Source: Fusobacteriales bacterium (GTDB lineage Bacteria > Fusobacteriota > Fusobacteriia > Fusobacteriales > Fusobacteriaceae). From it: a stretch of DNA of 64,000 nt. The notes beneath the pieces are model-generated. The model was given only the letters and a program-made list of their open reading frames with translations, had not been told where the DNA came from and did no database searches. How positions within the stretch are numbered: position 1 is the stretch's first letter; the number at the start of each line of letters is the position of its first letter. Positions 61,748-64,000 of this stretch are shown piece by piece. Made by a program: the position numbers and the translations under genes. The stretch covers positions 16,833-80,832 of the forward strand of contig JAICDD010000003.1 of assembly GCA_020063625.1 (NCBI GenBank), written 5' to 3'.

Positions 61748-63067
61748 TTAATCTTTTGTATATAAAACTCTTACTTCCCCCGGATTAAGAGTTTTTTCAT
61801 AAAATTTATTTTCTATTTCCTCTTTGTTTTCAAGAGAAAGATCCATAACTTTATCACTTTCTAAAATGTAATATATATCTTCCATTTTTAAATATTGACT
61901 TGAAATAAAATTAAGATTTGCAATAATTAAAGCTCTTTCTTTTTTATCTCTGCTTATTCTTTTAAATGCAAAAATATTTGGATTTTCTTGGCTTAAATAA
62001 TATATATCATTTTCTTCCGAAAATAAGTTTATCTCATCTTTTAATCTATTTACATGTAAAATATACTCTTTTAAATCTAAATTTCCAATATTAAGCTCTG
62101 GTTCTAATCCTCTAAGCTCATTAAGTTTTACTTTATTTCCATGTTCAAATCCAATTGGAATCATAATAGAACTATTAATTAAAGCTGCTAATATATAAAA
62201 TGCTTTAGAAGCTTCTATATTTTCATTATATCTCATAGCAACTCTTTCTGTATCATAGTTTTCTGGAAAAGAAATCATTTTTACCATTTCTTTTAATTTA
62301 TAATGTTGTTCTAAAAACCATGTTGCTCTAAAGTTCCACCATTTAAAACTACTAAATAGATAGTCTACTCCAGCTTGAGCTAACTCTAACATATCATTAA
62401 AACTAGCTCCTAGATTATCTCCTATTATTATAAACTCACTATTTTTACTTTTTAAATTTTCTACTATTTCTTTTACTAAATCCATTGGCACATTAAATGC
62501 TGAATGAATTTTAATCCCATCTATACCTAAATTTTCATAATGAAGAGCTAAATCTATCCAATATTTCCAAAGATATGTTCTTATTGTTTCATCTCCATGA
62601 TAATTATTGATTTCCAATAAATCTCCCCATTCAACTAATGTATCATAATTATTTATACTATACTTTTTTATTTCTCCATACTCATTATATTTATACCACT
62701 CTGGATGAGTAAGTAATAAATCAGAATCAATTGCAGTATGAGTAACTATAAGCTCTAGTATAACTTTCATATCTCTTTTATGTGCTTCATTTATAAACTC
62801 TTTAAATTGCTCAGCAGGCGATTTTTCAGAAAACGGATCTAAATATTTTTCATCTATCTCATAAAAATTTTTAGGAGCATAGATATTTCTAGAATATCCT
62901 GTTTGATATATTGGATTTAAATATATAGCATCAAAATTCATATCTTTTATTTCATCTAGTTTATCTATCCAATCACTTATTTTTCCTGCCATAAGAGGGA
63001 ATAGATTATATATTTTCACTATTTCAAACACCTCTTTTCCTTCACATTTTCTATATAAGTTTATCAT
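61748..63067 (-). CDS. GH13 alpha-amylase-fold protein, apparently catalytically degenerate
   Basis: IYNLFPLMAG, IYLNPI, ELIVTHT; region II GIKIHSA (His in place of Asp). Confidence 0.8.
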   Translation of the reverse strand: MINLYRKCEGKEVFEIVKIYNLFPLMAGKISDWIDKLDEIKDMNFDAIYLNPIYQTGYSRNIYAPKNFYEIDEKYLDPFSEKSPAEQFKEFINEAHKRDMKVILELIVTHTAIDSDLLLTHPEWYKYNEYGEIKKYSINNYDTLVEWGDLLEINNYHGDETIRTYLWKYWIDLALHYENLGIDGIKIHSAFNVPMDLVKEIVENLKSKNSEFIIIGDNLGASFNDMLELAQAGVDYLFSSFKWWNFRATWFLEQHYKLKEMVKMISFPENYDTERVAMRYNENIEASKAFYILAALINSSIMIPIGFEHGNKVKLNELRGLEPELNIGNLDLKEYILHVNRLKDEINLFSEENDIYYLSQENPNIFAFKRISRDKKERALIIANLNFISSQYLKMEDIYYILESDKVMDLSLENKEEIENKFYEKTLNPGEVRVLYTKD

Positions 63068-63087
63068 AATTTTTATTATTTTACAAT

Positions 63088-64000
63088 TTAATTATTTCTT
63101 TTTCTTTTACTTAGCAATACCATATCCCTTATATAATCAGCATTTTTAGCTTCCATCCATTTTTCTTTAAAATTTTTATCTCTAACTAATGATGCAATTG
63201 ATGCTAAAGTTTGCAAGTGTGTTTTTCTCATTTTTTTACTACTAATAAATAAAAATACTGATTTTATACTATCTTTTTCTTCATTATATACTATTCCCTC
63301 TTTACATCTAATTATTGTTAAATGAAATATCTCTTTTTCTGTATTTAATACAATATGGGGTATAGCTGTAAAATCAGTTATTGCTGTACTAGCTTCTTTT
63401 TCTCTTTCATAAAAAAGTTTTAATAATATATTTTTAGGTATACCTAAGATATTTTTCAAGCTCTCTGTTTCTATTTCAAATAATTCATCAAGTGTCAACG
63501 GACCTTTTAAATCCATTATAACTGCTTCTTTTACTAATCTATCAAATTCATCTAATTCAACATCATCTCTTTCATGAATAATATCTCTTAGTTCACTTTC
63601 AAGGTCATGAGTTAAATTTAGATTTTCTGTTATTTTTACTAATAAATGTAAAAAAGCATATTGTTTTTTAGCATGTTTTTTACCATAAAGAAAATATAGC
63701 ATTATACTAAATATAACAAAAGCAAAACTTGTCTCTACTGCTTTATAACCTAATTCTCCAATAAATAATGAAAATACAATTATTGTAAATATTTGTGGTA
63801 TAGGATAAAATGGTGTCTTGAAACTAGGTTGATAATTTGCTATATCACTTTCACGTATTATTATTACTGCAATATTTGTAAGAATGTATGTTAATAATAT
63901 TACTGCTGATGCTGTTTTTGCAAGTGCTTCAAGTGATAATAATAGTGAACCCATAATAAAAATACCTGTAATAATTATTGAATACACTGGTGTTTTAAAT
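63088..64000 (-). CDS. APC amino-acid permease C-terminal part fused to a PTS EIIA-like domain (5'-truncated by the window edge)
   Basis: TM helices (YQPSFKTPFYPIP), then REKEASTAITDFTAIPH...HLQTLASIA; frame is open to the window end. Confidence 0.82.
   Translation of the reverse strand, partial: FKTPVYSIIITGIFIMGSLLLSLEALAKTASAVILLTYILTNIAVIIIRESDIANYQPSFKTPFYPIPQIFTIIVFSLFIGELGYKAVETSFAFVIFSIMLYFLYGKKHAKKQYAFLHLLVKITENLNLTHDLESELRDIIHERDDVELDEFDRLVKEAVIMDLKGPLTLDELFEIETESLKNILGIPKNILLKLFYEREKEASTAITDFTAIPHIVLNTEKEIFHLTIIRCKEGIVYNEEKDSIKSVFLFISSKKMRKTHLQTLASIASLVRDKNFKEKWMEAKNADYIRDMVLLSKRKRNN

Overview
Very AT-rich chromosomal segment (roughly 20-25% GC, estimated by eye) from a diderm anaerobe, most likely Fusobacteriota. 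This is inferred from a glycine riboswitch closely resembling the Fusobacterium nucleatum one, outer-membrane proteins and gene order. The window is mostly housekeeping operons: cysK, ndk, apt, relA-tgt, rsmB, mltG, tilS-ftsH-rpsO, pabC-ftsI-pabB-priA-def-fmt-rex-folD, the pan operon and glyA. No rRNA, tRNA, CRISPR array, transposase or prophage was seen. Best candidates for a second look: (1) an unannotated type I toxin-antitoxin-like locus (28-aa hydrophobic peptide, SD-sequestering structures, predicted antisense RNA) at 28.1-28.4 kb; (2) a Crp/Fnr (HcpR-like)-controlled, permease-less cytoplasmic SBP/GTPase/ABC-ATPase/Cys-rich module with an operator at -41.5; (3) a tandem glycine riboswitch upstream of ACT + UPF0210 genes, with a heptamer-repeat insert in between; (4) a REP/MITE-like family (10 copies), one half-copy abutting a truncated gene; (5) a Met-rich two-component locus with a doubly frameshifted gene; (6) a GH13 protein lacking its catalytic nucleophile; (7) several unannotated small ORFs. 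All calls come from reading the sequence and recalling family motifs. No database searches or folding computations were run.
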